From positions 19,432-83,431 of the forward strand of contig NZ_QJSM01000036.1 of NCBI RefSeq assembly GCF_003205235.1: a DNA stretch of 64,000 nt, in the 5' to 3' direction. The position numbers were made by a program, and so were the translations under genes. The notes under the pieces were generated by a model. That model was not told the DNA's origin, did not search any database, and worked only from the letters and a program-made list of their open reading frames with translations. Below, one piece after another: positions 52,591-62,530 of the stretch (position 1 is the first letter of the stretch; every line of letters starts with the position of its first letter). Source of the DNA: Thermoplasma sp. Kam2015 (GTDB lineage: Archaea > Thermoplasmatota > Thermoplasmata > Thermoplasmatales > Thermoplasmataceae).

Positions 52591-53655
52591 ATGCAGATAG
52601 AAACCGAGGATCCGCATGAGACCATAAACAACTACAAGGCAAGGATAGATGAAAGGATATCAAGGTTCTTCGACAGGAAAGAAGCGGAGACAAAGGATGA
52701 ACTTTCACGCAGAGTCATAAGGATGATAAGAGATTACACCGAGGGCGGTGGAAAGAGGCTCAGGCCCATATTCCTTATACTTGGCTATAGGTTATTCTCC
52801 GATGAAAATGATGCCATATTCGATGCCTCCATATCGATAGAGCTTGCACAGTCCTATCTTTTGATACATGATGATGTGATCGATGACAGCGACCTCAGGA
52901 GAGGCAGACCCAGCATGCATATAAGGCTCTGGAGATCATTCTTCCCTGCATCTGAAAAGGGAAAGAAGCTGGGTGAAGGTCTCGCTATAGTTGCGGGAGA
53001 TCTAGCCGAGAGTTATGCCCATGAGAGCCTCATCACGTCCGGGTTTGATCCTGAACTGCTTATCATGGCCGACATGGAACTGACCAAGACGATAGAGATG
53101 ACAGGCTATGGGCAGTTTCTCGATGTTATCTCTGGAACCATGGACGACTTTAAGGAGGGTGACCTCATAAGGCTGCACCTATGGAAGACGGCGAAATATA
53201 CTCTCGAAGGGCCGCTTGCTATGGGTGCGCTGTTGAGCGGTAAGCACGACCAGATCATGGATCTCAGACTGTTTGGAAGGACCCTTGGAATAGCCTTTCA
53301 GCTGAAGGACGACATACTCGGTCTCTTCGGTGATGAAAACACTACAGGCAAATCGATATACAGCGATGTGAATGAGGGGAAACGAACGCTGCTGATGATA
53401 AAGGCCATGGAGTACTCCGACAGAAAGGACGCCGAGTTCATAGATCGTATTCTGAGGAGGGGAAACGTGACTCCGGAGGAATTCAATAGAATAAGAAGTA
53501 TAGTTATGAACAGTGGATCCTATGATTATTCTGTCAAGTTGATGGACAACCTTGTGGCCAAGTCAAAGGAATACCTCGGAAGGATAAGGGGGAACAATAA
53601 TGTTAAAACCTATCTGGAGTGGCTATCGGGCTATCTCATATCAAGGGATTACTAA
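52591..53655 (+). CDS. idsA: trans-polyprenyl diphosphate synthase (geranylgeranyl/farnesylgeranyl diphosphate synthase)
   Basis: 354 aa with the FARM motif LIHDDVIDDSDLRRG and the SARM motif FQLKDDILG. Confidence 0.85.
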   Translation: MQIETEDPHETINNYKARIDERISRFFDRKEAETKDELSRRVIRMIRDYTEGGGKRLRPIFLILGYRLFSDENDAIFDASISIELAQSYLLIHDDVIDDSDLRRGRPSMHIRLWRSFFPASEKGKKLGEGLAIVAGDLAESYAHESLITSGFDPELLIMADMELTKTIEMTGYGQFLDVISGTMDDFKEGDLIRLHLWKTAKYTLEGPLAMGALLSGKHDQIMDLRLFGRTLGIAFQLKDDILGLFGDENTTGKSIYSDVNEGKRTLLMIKAMEYSDRKDAEFIDRILRRGNVTPEEFNRIRSIVMNSGSYDYSVKLMDNLVAKSKEYLGRIRGNNNVKTYLEWLSGYLISRDY

Positions 53656-54503
53656 TACCGTGGCCTGTGTCTTGTATACATCTCCCTAAGGGCGGAGTCG
53701 TTAAGATGCGTGTATATCTGAGTTGTGGCCACACTTGCATGCCCCAGTATCTGCTGTATGAACCTTATATCGCCGCCGTTCCTTAGGACTGAGGTGGCGA
53801 ATGTGTGCCTGAGCACATGCGGTGTCACATTTTTCTGTATTCCTGCCTGCTTTCCAAGACGCCTTATCATTCGCTCTATGGTGGACGTATCGTATTTTAC
53901 ATGCTTATTGCTTATGAATAGATAGTCATCAGCGCTTTCCATGGATAGCCTTTCATCTAGATATTCACTTAGCGCCTTGACGCACTCCTCTGACATTATC
54001 ACGATTCTGTCCTTATCACCTTTACCAGATCTGACGTTTATGACGGCCTCCTGAAGATCCACATCGCTTATTCTAAGATTGCACAATTCGCCAACCCTTA
54101 TGCCAGTATAGGCAAGAACCGAGACTATCGCATGCATCCTACGATCAGCCTTTGACTCATCTATGAGACGTTTCGCTTCATCCTCCGTTAGATATACAGG
54201 GATATGCATAGGCCTCTTCGGGGGAGTCAGATTCACTGGAATCTTCAGATCCAGAGATTTATAGAATAATTTCACCGCCTTTATGGCAAGATACTGGCTT
54301 GTCTTTGAATACTTCAACTTAACCGCCAGATAGTTCTTGTATCTCTCGATATCCATTGGCGTAACCTCTGAAGGATCCTTCCTCATGAATTCTAGGAACT
54401 GACCCACAAGAAACCGGTACTCCTTTATAGTGTATCTGCTCTTTCTCTCACCTGTCATGTATTCAACGAATTTAGCCAGATATTCTCCGGATTCTGCAGG
54501 CAT
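53652..54503 (-). CDS. xerA: tyrosine recombinase XerA (XerC/XerD family)
   Basis: 283 aa with catalytic-domain motifs (R...HVLRHTFATSVLRNGGDIRFIQQILGHASVATTQIYTH; the tyrosine in IYTHL). Confidence 0.85.
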   Translation of the reverse strand: MPAESGEYLAKFVEYMTGERKSRYTIKEYRFLVGQFLEFMRKDPSEVTPMDIERYKNYLAVKLKYSKTSQYLAIKAVKLFYKSLDLKIPVNLTPPKRPMHIPVYLTEDEAKRLIDESKADRRMHAIVSVLAYTGIRVGELCNLRISDVDLQEAVINVRSGKGDKDRIVIMSEECVKALSEYLDERLSMESADDYLFISNKHVKYDTSTIERMIRRLGKQAGIQKNVTPHVLRHTFATSVLRNGGDIRFIQQILGHASVATTQIYTHLNDSALREMYTRHRPRY

Positions 54504-54623
54504 CAGTGGTTAATATGCCGCATGAATATTAATAGATATGCCTATTGGGTATCCCTGGCATGTGGTGTTCTCATATACCTAGAAAATACCAAATTTTTTA
54601 TAACCATTTAAAATGGCGATGCG

Positions 54624-55259
54624 ATGCTTGTTTCTCCTTCAATCGTGGCTGCCTCGCTTTCGAAGATACAGGATCAGGTCAGGGAATGCGAAAACGCCGG
54701 ATCATTCTCATTTCACCTAGACGTTATGGACGGCAACTTTGTCCCAAACATTACAGTAGGCCCAGATTTCTATGACTTCTTAAAGGGAATCTCAAGGATC
54801 AGAATAGAGAGCCACCTAATGGTGATGCGCCCGGATCTTTATTATAAGAAATTCGGAAGAGCTGGTGATCTGGTCTACGTGCATTATGAAAGCCCAATAA
54901 ATGTACTGGCCCTTCTAAAAAGAATGAGGGATGAAGGGGTTGATGCTGGGCTCGTTATAAATCCAGATACGCCATTCCAGAAGGTATCGGATCTGCTAGA
55001 ATACGTTCAGGTGCTACTTATAATGTCGGTGTATCCCGGTTTCTCTGGCCAGAAATTCATTGACGTATCTGATAAGATCCATGACGCTTCAAAATATATA
55101 AAAGAGAACGGCTTCAAAACCAAGATAGAGGTTGATGGGGGCATCAACGACAACACTGCAAGAATAGTCAAGAACGCAGGCGCTGACATCGTTGTATCTG
55201 CTTCATATATATTCGGTGGAAACATAACTGAAAGGATCAGGATCCTCTCATCGATATGA
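54624..55259 (+). CDS. rpe: ribulose-phosphate 3-epimerase
   Basis: 211 aa with Rpe motifs (HLDVMDGNFVPN; VDGGIN). Confidence 0.85.
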   Translation: MLVSPSIVAASLSKIQDQVRECENAGSFSFHLDVMDGNFVPNITVGPDFYDFLKGISRIRIESHLMVMRPDLYYKKFGRAGDLVYVHYESPINVLALLKRMRDEGVDAGLVINPDTPFQKVSDLLEYVQVLLIMSVYPGFSGQKFIDVSDKIHDASKYIKENGFKTKIEVDGGINDNTARIVKNAGADIVVSASYIFGGNITERIRILSSI

Positions 55260-56223
55260 GTATCCTGCCTTCATGATTCTGGTTGTAGAATTTCAGAGCT
55301 TCCTGCATATCCGTTATCTTGAATTCTCTGGCTATCTTAACGCGGAGATCATGCGTTTTCATGAACTCCAGAAGATCCCTAAGATCCAATCTGGTGCCTC
55401 CAGTCGATCCTATTATTTTTCTCTCCCCCGTGTACATTTCGGCTATGTCCAGCGTGCCCTCACGGCCTGTGAAGACGCCAAACGTCACCAGCGATCCGCG
55501 AACAGACAGATGCTTCAATGAATCCTTCCAGAACAGCGTTCCCAGGGGGTTTATTACAACATCAAATTTCATGCTTTCAGGTATCTTATCCGCCTCGAAT
55601 ACCTCCGTGGCTCCGAATTCCTCGATCCAGTCTTTTCTGGATACTGCGTAGACTTCACATCCCATCATGGATGCAATCTGTACAGAAAACATGCCAGTGT
55701 TTCCAGAGGCGCCGAAAACGAGAACCGATTTTCCAGGAGAGCATCCGCCAAGCCTGAGTGCTCTGAAGGATGTGAGTGCGGCTACGCCTATGCTGGCAGC
55801 CATCTCATCACTCACGCTGTGTGGAAGCCTGAATACATTCTTTTCCGGAACAACAACCTTCTGTGCATAACCTCCGTTTGAAACGACTCCCCATATACCA
55901 CCGTTAACACAGAGGTGTTCGTTTCCAGAAATGCACTGTTCGCATGTGCCATCGAATACCCTATTGTAGACGACCACGCGTTCGCCCTTTTTGAAATTTT
56001 CACTGTCCTCTGCCACAGTGCCGTACACCTCTGTACCGGGAATATGCGGGAGCGGGTTCAGCTTGTAAACGATCTTACCATTGATGGTATTGTAGTCAAC
56101 TGGGTTCAGACCAGCTTTCTTCACCTCTATGAGTACCTGACCGTTTCTGGCCTCTGGATCCTCGATGTCTTCTATCTTGAGATTTTCATTTCCAAGTGGT
56201 TCATAAACTATGGCTGCCTTCAT
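55237..56223 (-). CDS. zinc-binding alcohol dehydrogenase family (MDR) oxidoreductase
   Basis: 328 aa with a GroES-like N-domain, a Rossmann motif (VLVFGASGNTGMFSVQIA), and structural Zn cysteines (CEQCISGNEHLC). Confidence 0.75.
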   Translation of the reverse strand: MKAAIVYEPLGNENLKIEDIEDPEARNGQVLIEVKKAGLNPVDYNTINGKIVYKLNPLPHIPGTEVYGTVAEDSENFKKGERVVVYNRVFDGTCEQCISGNEHLCVNGGIWGVVSNGGYAQKVVVPEKNVFRLPHSVSDEMAASIGVAALTSFRALRLGGCSPGKSVLVFGASGNTGMFSVQIASMMGCEVYAVSRKDWIEEFGATEVFEADKIPESMKFDVVINPLGTLFWKDSLKHLSVRGSLVTFGVFTGREGTLDIAEMYTGERKIIGSTGGTRLDLRDLLEFMKTHDLRVKIAREFKITDMQEALKFYNQNHEGRILISMRGS

Positions 56224-56251
56224 GCTTGATCATAAACACATGCAGAGATGG

Positions 56252-56752
56252 TCAATAATTTTTTTGCTGGACATCTGCGTTTATATCTCTGGATTCCGTC
56301 ATCTGTCTTTTCTCCACGATGAGGTTGATGCTCTCTCCCAGGAGCAGGCCTGCCGTGAAAGATAGAACGGAGTCAATAATGATATTTATGACAAAGCTGT
56401 CCGGCAGCACGAATTGAAGGAATATCCTGGCCAAGAAAGATGAGAGCCAAATTATGAATATCACGGGCGATCGCCTGTAATAGAGAACATCTGATCTGTA
56501 AAAGAACTGTGCCTGCCCTGCAAATCTGGATCCAAGGACATAGCCAGCCGGTATGAGAAGCAGAATGGAATAATAGAAGAACCTGCCTGCAAAATTGATG
56601 AGAACAGCGAAAACGGATAAAATTATATAAACGGCAGGCAAACGTACTACTCTCACCTTGGAGTATCTTCTGCCATGAAATGCTCTGATGGTTGTACGTA
56701 TCAGTATCAGGGCAATTATGAACAAAATTACTGCTAATCCAGGAATAAACAC
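56252..56752 (-). CDS. hypothetical membrane protein (4-5 TM)
   Basis: 166 aa, hydrophobic. No family recognised. Confidence 0.4.
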   Translation of the reverse strand: MFIPGLAVILFIIALILIRTTIRAFHGRRYSKVRVVRLPAVYIILSVFAVLINFAGRFFYYSILLLIPAGYVLGSRFAGQAQFFYRSDVLYYRRSPVIFIIWLSSFLARIFLQFVLPDSFVINIIIDSVLSFTAGLLLGESINLIVEKRQMTESRDINADVQQKNY

Positions 56753-57091
56753 GCTCTTTAATGTAGATTACATAAATATAATTTTGTAAGTGTTCAAAAA
56801 ATGAACAATATTTTCAGAATCTTCGCATAATTCTATCGGATATTTTATGAAATATCCATATCAATCCTTGAAGATGATCATCGCACTGTGCTAAATTTTA
56901 TCTTCTCATACTTGAAATGCCACATACATATCGATCAAATCAAAAGTTGATGTTTCTTCCCTTCAATAAGTCTATGGGTCATAAATCATATTATAATCTA
57001 TCAAATAGATTTACAATACAAGATAAGGTTTAAGTAAATAGTTGAAATGAGGCAGAGAATTTAAGATTTAAATGTAGATTTGCATCAGATA

Positions 57092-57130
57092 TGGCATGAG
57101 ATGGGACGATACGGTCGGCAAATCATGCCA
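57092..57130. promoter_or_regulatory. 8-bp inverted repeat hairpin (TGGCATGA...TCATGCCA) in the AT-rich region upstream of rpl40e-purQ
   Basis: Perfect 8-nt arms separated by 23 nt, about 60 nt upstream of the eL40 start. Confidence 0.3.
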
Positions 57131-57187
57131 ACTGAATCCCGATGGTATGGTTCGGGTATGATGCATCAAATGTAAAGGGTGAAATTA

Positions 57188-57337
57188 ATGGCATTTCCAG
57201 AAGCGGTTGAACGCCGTCTCAATAAGAAAATTTGCATGCGCTGCTACGCAAGGAATTCGATACGCGCAACAAGATGCCGGAAGTGTGGATATACAGGGCT
57301 GAGGCTCAAGAAGAAGGAGAGGTCCGCAGGCAAGTAA
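57188..57337 (+). CDS. rpl40e: 50S ribosomal protein eL40, 49 aa
   Basis: Absent from the ORF track. Manual translation gives [49 protein letters not shown], a C4 zinc ribbon with the eL40 signature. Confidence 0.85.
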   Translation: MAFPEAVERRLNKKICMRCYARNSIRATRCRKCGYTGLRLKKKERSAGK

Positions 57338-57341
57338 TGAT

Positions 57342-58115
57342 ATGAAGCCACCAAAGGTTGGAATCCTCCTCATGGAGGGTACAAATAACGAAACTGAGGT
57401 ATTTTTTTCAGTCAGAAGGAGCGGTGGGGATCCTGATTATGTACATGTGAGCGATCTGGCACGTGGAGATAAGTCCATCAGCGAGTACGATGCTCTTATA
57501 GTGCCTGGAGGTTTCTCTGCAGGTGACTATATAAGGGCAGGAGTAATATTCGCGGCACGACTTTCGTCAGTGGCAGGAAGGGACATAAAATATTTCATTG
57601 ACTCTGGCAAGCCCTTTCTTGGTATTTGTAATGGTTTTCAGGTGATCATGGAGCTTGGCCTCATAGGGAACAGGGAAGAGGTAACGCTGACGAATAACAA
57701 ATCGGGAAGGTTTGAATGTCGCTACACCTATATGACAATGGTCTCAAATAATCCGATCTTTAGAGATGCGTTCAGTGGTAAAGGATCATTTCAGGTTCCT
57801 GTTGCTCACGCTGAGGGCAGGATCGCAGTTTCGGATCGATCGGTCTTGAAGAGGCTTTATGAAAACGATCAGATCCTGTTCAAATATTCAGATCCATCTG
57901 GTATAAGCGACGACTACCCATGGAACCCAAATGGTTCTATAGATTCCATAGCATCGCTCACCAATGAACATGGAAATGTAATAGGGTTGATGCCGCACCC
58001 AGAACGTATATACTATCCATATCAGGCCATGTACACCGATGCCAAGAAGGAGATAGCAACGGGTAAGCTGTTCTACGACAGCCTGATATCCTATCTGAGT
58101 GGTAGACATGGATAG
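57342..58115 (+). CDS. purQ: phosphoribosylformylglycinamidine synthase subunit PurQ (glutaminase)
   Basis: 257 aa, class I glutamine amidotransferase, with a catalytic Cys (LGICNGFQV) and His (MPHPER). Confidence 0.85.
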   Translation: MKPPKVGILLMEGTNNETEVFFSVRRSGGDPDYVHVSDLARGDKSISEYDALIVPGGFSAGDYIRAGVIFAARLSSVAGRDIKYFIDSGKPFLGICNGFQVIMELGLIGNREEVTLTNNKSGRFECRYTYMTMVSNNPIFRDAFSGKGSFQVPVAHAEGRIAVSDRSVLKRLYENDQILFKYSDPSGISDDYPWNPNGSIDSIASLTNEHGNVIGLMPHPERIYYPYQAMYTDAKKEIATGKLFYDSLISYLSGRHG

Positions 58116-59346
58116 AGCCATCTGCGGGAACTTCTATTACAATGGCAAGTTTGACTACCTCGAAGTTATAGTATCAGATGGAAAGATCGCTGAAATAAAG
58201 AAGAACGCTGGCAATATGCCGAAAACAAGGTTTGATGGGGCAATACTTCCCGCATCCACCGATATACATGTGCACTTCAGAACCCCTGGTGAGACAGAAA
58301 AAGAGGATTTCAGCAGCGGTTCACTTTCGGCCATATATGGCGGTACAACCTACGTTATGGACATGCCAAACAACAGGATACCTGTAACTGAATACAATGC
58401 ATTCGGTGATAAGCTTGGCGTCATAGATTCAACCTCCTATGCTGATTTTTCACTTTATTCTATGGAAACCGGAAACAATGCGCTACTCATAGACAGGCGG
58501 AGCATAGGACTTAAGGTTTATCTCGGAGGTTCGACAAATTCCACCGGTACTGAAGCCATCACCGATGAGGATGTGAAGATTATAAACGATCTCAGATACA
58601 CAGTCATCTTTCACGGAGAATCAGAACGATGTCTCAGGGCGCACAGAATCGAAGAAAAAAACCTGAGAGATCACAACAATGCAAGGCCCATAGAATGCGA
58701 GATTGAAGCTGCAAAATACGTCAGTGATCTGAAGATAGAGAGAAAAATCATGGCCCATGTTTCCTCATCAGATGTTAAAGGCAATTTTTTGAGGGAGGTG
58801 ACTCCCCATCATCTGCTACTCAATGATGAGATGCCCCTTGGGTCAATTGGCAAGGTTAATCCTCCACTCAGGGACAGCGGGACTCAAAAAAAGCTTCTTC
58901 AGGATTATGTGGAGGGCAAATTCGATATATTATCTTCAGACCATGCGCCTCACACCGAGGATGACAAAAGGGATTTTGAATATGCCAAATCAGGTATCAT
59001 AGGTGTTGAAACAAGGGTACCATTATTCCTGGCGCTGGTTCAGAAGAAGGTGGTACCATTTGAGGTCTTTTACAGAACTGCCATAGAGACCCCACCATCT
59101 TTATTCGGTATTAAGAAAGGCAAAATAGCTGTAGGATATGACGCAGATTTCATGGTAGTGGATTTCACCAGGGTAAGACGGATCAACGACAACAGGCTGC
59201 ATTCTAAATTCCCTGTAAGCCCGTTCAACGGTATGGATGCAATATTTCCCTCGCATGTGATGATGAGAGGCAACTTGGTCATCGATAACTATGAGGATAT
59301 CTCGGATCCTATGGGGATTTTCATTCCAAAACCTCAAAATGAATGA
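58099..59346 (+). CDS. pyrC: dihydroorotase-like cyclic amidohydrolase
   Basis: About 415 aa with metal-ligand motifs DIHVHFR, IFHGE and DHAPH. The start is either 58099 or the Met at 58108; it overlaps the purQ stop. Confidence 0.7.
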   Translation: MVDMDRAICGNFYYNGKFDYLEVIVSDGKIAEIKKNAGNMPKTRFDGAILPASTDIHVHFRTPGETEKEDFSSGSLSAIYGGTTYVMDMPNNRIPVTEYNAFGDKLGVIDSTSYADFSLYSMETGNNALLIDRRSIGLKVYLGGSTNSTGTEAITDEDVKIINDLRYTVIFHGESERCLRAHRIEEKNLRDHNNARPIECEIEAAKYVSDLKIERKIMAHVSSSDVKGNFLREVTPHHLLLNDEMPLGSIGKVNPPLRDSGTQKKLLQDYVEGKFDILSSDHAPHTEDDKRDFEYAKSGIIGVETRVPLFLALVQKKVVPFEVFYRTAIETPPSLFGIKKGKIAVGYDADFMVVDFTRVRRINDNRLHSKFPVSPFNGMDAIFPSHVMMRGNLVIDNYEDISDPMGIFIPKPQNE

Positions 59347-59927
59347 TTCTTCACTCCAAATATAACTGCTTCTATCTTCATCCAATCCGATGTATGGTGT
59401 CTGTAGATCCTTGGAATTGAGAGATATATTCGTTCTTCGCGGAATATTTCGCCCCGGCTTGATAATTCTGTCTTAAGAAAATCTCTGGATCTGGCATTTC
59501 CGATGCTGTAAATCCACTTGGATGTTTCGAAGGCTTTGTCTATGAATGATCTGTCTGAGTGTTTTATCACCGATCCGAATGGTGGATTCATTATCCAGGT
59601 ATCGTATTTTCCAACTACATCTGACACGTCTGAGACGAAGAAGTTAACGTTGACGCAGTTCCTTCTGGCAACCTCTATGGCCTCAGGATCTATATCGAAT
59701 CCAGAAACAGTGCCGGCACCAAGAAATCTTGCGCCGCAGGCCAGGATGCCATTGCCGGTGCCTGCATCTATCACGGACTTTCCTGTTATGTTTCCATCGT
59801 TGTATATCTCGATCAAAAAATAAGCGGCATTGGAAGCATCCGTTGGATACTGCTCTAGATGATTCTTAAAATTTGTGAGAGGTTGAAGTTTCTGAAGTAA
59901 AATCTCCAGATCACTCTTTATGCCCAT
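59334..59927 (-). CDS. METTL5-like N6-adenine RNA methyltransferase (COG2263)
   Basis: 197 aa with SAM motif I (VIDAGTGNGILA) and the catalytic NPPFG motif. Confidence 0.75.
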   Translation of the reverse strand: MGIKSDLEILLQKLQPLTNFKNHLEQYPTDASNAAYFLIEIYNDGNITGKSVIDAGTGNGILACGARFLGAGTVSGFDIDPEAIEVARRNCVNVNFFVSDVSDVVGKYDTWIMNPPFGSVIKHSDRSFIDKAFETSKWIYSIGNARSRDFLKTELSSRGEIFREERIYLSIPRIYRHHTSDWMKIEAVIFGVKNHSF

Positions 59928-60238
59928 CAGTATTCAGGCGTGCCTATAACAAGATCGATTATTTCCTTTGCTATTCTGGCAGAGTTTTCCTTGCTTTCTC
60001 CCCTTTCAATGAGGAGCCTTTCTATCTTGCGTGTAGCCCTCTGCCTTTTCCATGTCCCATTCTCATGTGCGGCAAGTACAATGTATTTTGCGATTTCTCT
60101 GTCCACGTTTATACCGAATCTCTCTCTGATCTTTATCTGCCATACAGGAACCAGTACCGTCGGAAGGTCACGCAATTCACGGCGTCTTTCGGATACTATG
60201 CTGTTTATATCCTTCCTTCGGGCTAAGACCATATACAA
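59927..60238 (-). CDS. hypothetical basic protein, 103 aa
   Basis: Arg/Lys-rich. Its stop overlaps the start of the downstream methyltransferase by 1 nt, so the two are translationally coupled. No family recognised. Confidence 0.45.
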   Translation of the reverse strand: MYMVLARRKDINSIVSERRRELRDLPTVLVPVWQIKIRERFGINVDREIAKYIVLAAHENGTWKRQRATRKIERLLIERGESKENSARIAKEIIDLVIGTPEY

Positions 60239-60752
60239 ACATATGTAGGTTTCTATTAAACATTTCTGTGGACATTTTCATTTCATGGAATTTTACCGTA
60301 TTGTTATGTATTTCTCTCCAGTGTTCCAGCATTACATATATAATAACATACAGCTAGAATGTCTTTTAAAGGATCTGGCCTCTAAGGTGAACTTCAGAGA
60401 GATACCCGTTAGCTGCGAATAAGATCAGTAAACAACTTGATTTATGATCTTTATGACTTAAGAGATTTTCCTTGAAAAATTTTCAATTTGGGCAATTCTC
60501 TACATCATCCGGTCGGAGACATTGATCTTTGGCTTCATTCAAACTCTCAATTCTCTGTGAGCTATAACTTATCTGAATCTTCATCCATCCGGCCGGAAAT
60601 GTCTCCAAAGGCCTCTATTCTGATCGCACAAGCCATATTCCCCTAAATCCTGCAAATTCTCTATTAAATTCTTAAGTTGATAAAAGTTGACGCATATTCT
60701 GTCTGAAGAAAGAGTTTTACAGCTTCACCGAGCTTATAAATTATGATAAAAA

Positions 60753-61670
60753 TCAATATGAAAGGAGTTTGTAGAGAACTCCTTTCTCGGAGTGCAGCCT
60801 GTTCTCGGCTTCGTCAAAGATGACGCTGTTTATGCTGTCTGCCACTCCATCTGTGACCTCAAGCCCACGATGCGCTGGAAGGCAGTGCATAAAGATGTAA
60901 TCCTTCTTCGCATTCGATACAAGGCTTTCATTTATCTGGTAAGCCTTAAAGGCCTTCTCCTTCTCACCCTTCTTTGATTCTTCACCCATCGATATCCATA
61001 CGTCCGTGTATATTATGTCCGCATCTCTTGCAGCCTCTACAGGATCGTTTGTTATTGTTATGGTGGATCCATGCTGTTTTGCAACATTTCTGGCCTTCTC
61101 AACGAACTCGGACTTTGGTTCGTATCCCTTTGGTGATGCCACATACATATCAGTGCCAAGCAGAGCCGAGCCGAACATCAGGGAATTTGCCATGTTATTT
61201 CCATCGCCTATGTAGGAAAACTTCAGATTGGTGAATCTACCCTTCTTCTCCTTGACTGTCATGAAGTCTGCAACGATCTGGAGTGGGTGCTCCACATCGT
61301 CAAGCGCATTTATAACTGGAATGCTTGTGCTTCTTGCAAGTTCCACAACGTTTCTGTGATCATATGCCCTGTAGGCTATAGCGTCCAGGAATCTGGAAAG
61401 TACATGACCCGTATCCGATATCGTTTCTCCTCTCCCCAGCTGCATCTCTGAAGGATTGAGATAGACCGCATGGCCTCCAAGCTGATCTATGGCGACCTCT
61501 AGGGACGTTCTAGTCCTTGTGCTTGGTTTCTCAAAAATCAGGCCGAGCACCTTATTCTTCAGCGAATCGTAGCTTCTGTATCTGTTCTTCTTAAGCTCAA
61601 GAGATAGGTCTATTATTTCGCCGAGATCCTTCTCCATATCAAGTACAGAAAGAATATCTCTCTTGCTCAT
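60753..61670 (-). CDS. argF: ornithine carbamoyltransferase
   Basis: 305 aa with the carbamoyl-phosphate motif STRTRTS and the OTC-specific HCLP motif (HCLPAHRGLEV). Confidence 0.85.
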   Translation of the reverse strand: MSKRDILSVLDMEKDLGEIIDLSLELKKNRYRSYDSLKNKVLGLIFEKPSTRTRTSLEVAIDQLGGHAVYLNPSEMQLGRGETISDTGHVLSRFLDAIAYRAYDHRNVVELARSTSIPVINALDDVEHPLQIVADFMTVKEKKGRFTNLKFSYIGDGNNMANSLMFGSALLGTDMYVASPKGYEPKSEFVEKARNVAKQHGSTITITNDPVEAARDADIIYTDVWISMGEESKKGEKEKAFKAYQINESLVSNAKKDYIFMHCLPAHRGLEVTDGVADSINSVIFDEAENRLHSEKGVLYKLLSY

Positions 61671-61672
61671 GC

Positions 61673-62530
61673 TTATTCCTCCAGAAGCTTTGGTATATCC
61701 TGCGGATAATCGGCAACCTTAACTCCTGCCTCAGCAAACGCCTTAAGTTTGGATTCTGCGGTACCAACTCCACGTTCGATTATCGCGCCTGCATGTCCCA
61801 TTCTCTTGCCTGGCGGTGCACTTCTCCCGGCTATGTACGCCACCACCTTCTTCTTCACATGCTTCTTGATGTAATCTGCTGCGAGCTCCTCATTGTTTCC
61901 GCCGATCTCACCAACCAGCACTATGCGCTTTGTCTTTTCATCCTTCTCAAACATCTTCAGAACGTCTATGAAGGTAAGCCCAACAACTCGATCACCGCCA
62001 AGGCCTATAACGGTGCTCTCACCCATTCCAGCCTTGGTTACAGCATAGACTATTTCGTACGTGAGTGTTCCGCTTCTGGAAGCTATCGCGACATCACCCT
62101 CCTTGAATATGTGATTGGGCATGATTCCTATCTTGCTCTCGAATGGTACGGTTATACCTGGACCGTTCGGGCCGAGCACAGTTATACCACGGAGCGAGGC
62201 TTCTCTGACTATCTCCATCGCGTCCTGATACGGAACATGCTCAGTGAGTATGTACACTATCTTGAGACCATTGTCTATAGCTTCGTATGCCGCATCCTTG
62301 ACGAATGGTGCAGGTACAGATATCATTGTGGCGTTTGGTTCATACTGCATCGCCTCTGACACAGAGTTCACTATGGGCACCTTATCTGCGAACTTTGTGC
62401 CTCCCTTTCCTGGAGCCACTCCTGCCACGACCTTCGTCCCGAACTTCAGCATTTCTCCAGTATGAAACGATCCCTGATGTCCAGTTATTCCCTGAACTAT
62501 TACCTTTGTGTTCTTGTCTATCAAAACCAT
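61673..62530 (-). CDS. sucD: succinyl-CoA synthetase alpha subunit
   Basis: 285 aa with a CoA-binding N-terminus (VIVQGITGHQGSFH) and the phospho-His region (GHAGAII). Confidence 0.9.
   Translation of the reverse strand: MVLIDKNTKVIVQGITGHQGSFHTGEMLKFGTKVVAGVAPGKGGTKFADKVPIVNSVSEAMQYEPNATMISVPAPFVKDAAYEAIDNGLKIVYILTEHVPYQDAMEIVREASLRGITVLGPNGPGITVPFESKIGIMPNHIFKEGDVAIASRSGTLTYEIVYAVTKAGMGESTVIGLGGDRVVGLTFIDVLKMFEKDEKTKRIVLVGEIGGNNEELAADYIKKHVKKKVVAYIAGRSAPPGKRMGHAGAIIERGVGTAESKLKAFAEAGVKVADYPQDIPKLLEE

Noticed and set aside
53652-54503. XerA as marker of an integrated mobile element
   Set aside because: There is no adjacent tRNA, no direct repeats, and no phage/plasmid-like genes. The flanking genes (GGPP synthase, rpe) are housekeeping, so this is consistent with the chromosomal dimer-resolution recombinase.
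57185-57373. 62-aa minus-strand ORF
   Set aside because: It overlaps the clearly identifiable eL40 gene and the purQ start on the opposite strand.
59940-60248. 102-aa plus-strand ORF
   Set aside because: It is fully antisense to the translationally coupled 103-aa gene and methyltransferase operon. Both interpretations cannot be true, and the minus-strand reading is supported by operon structure.
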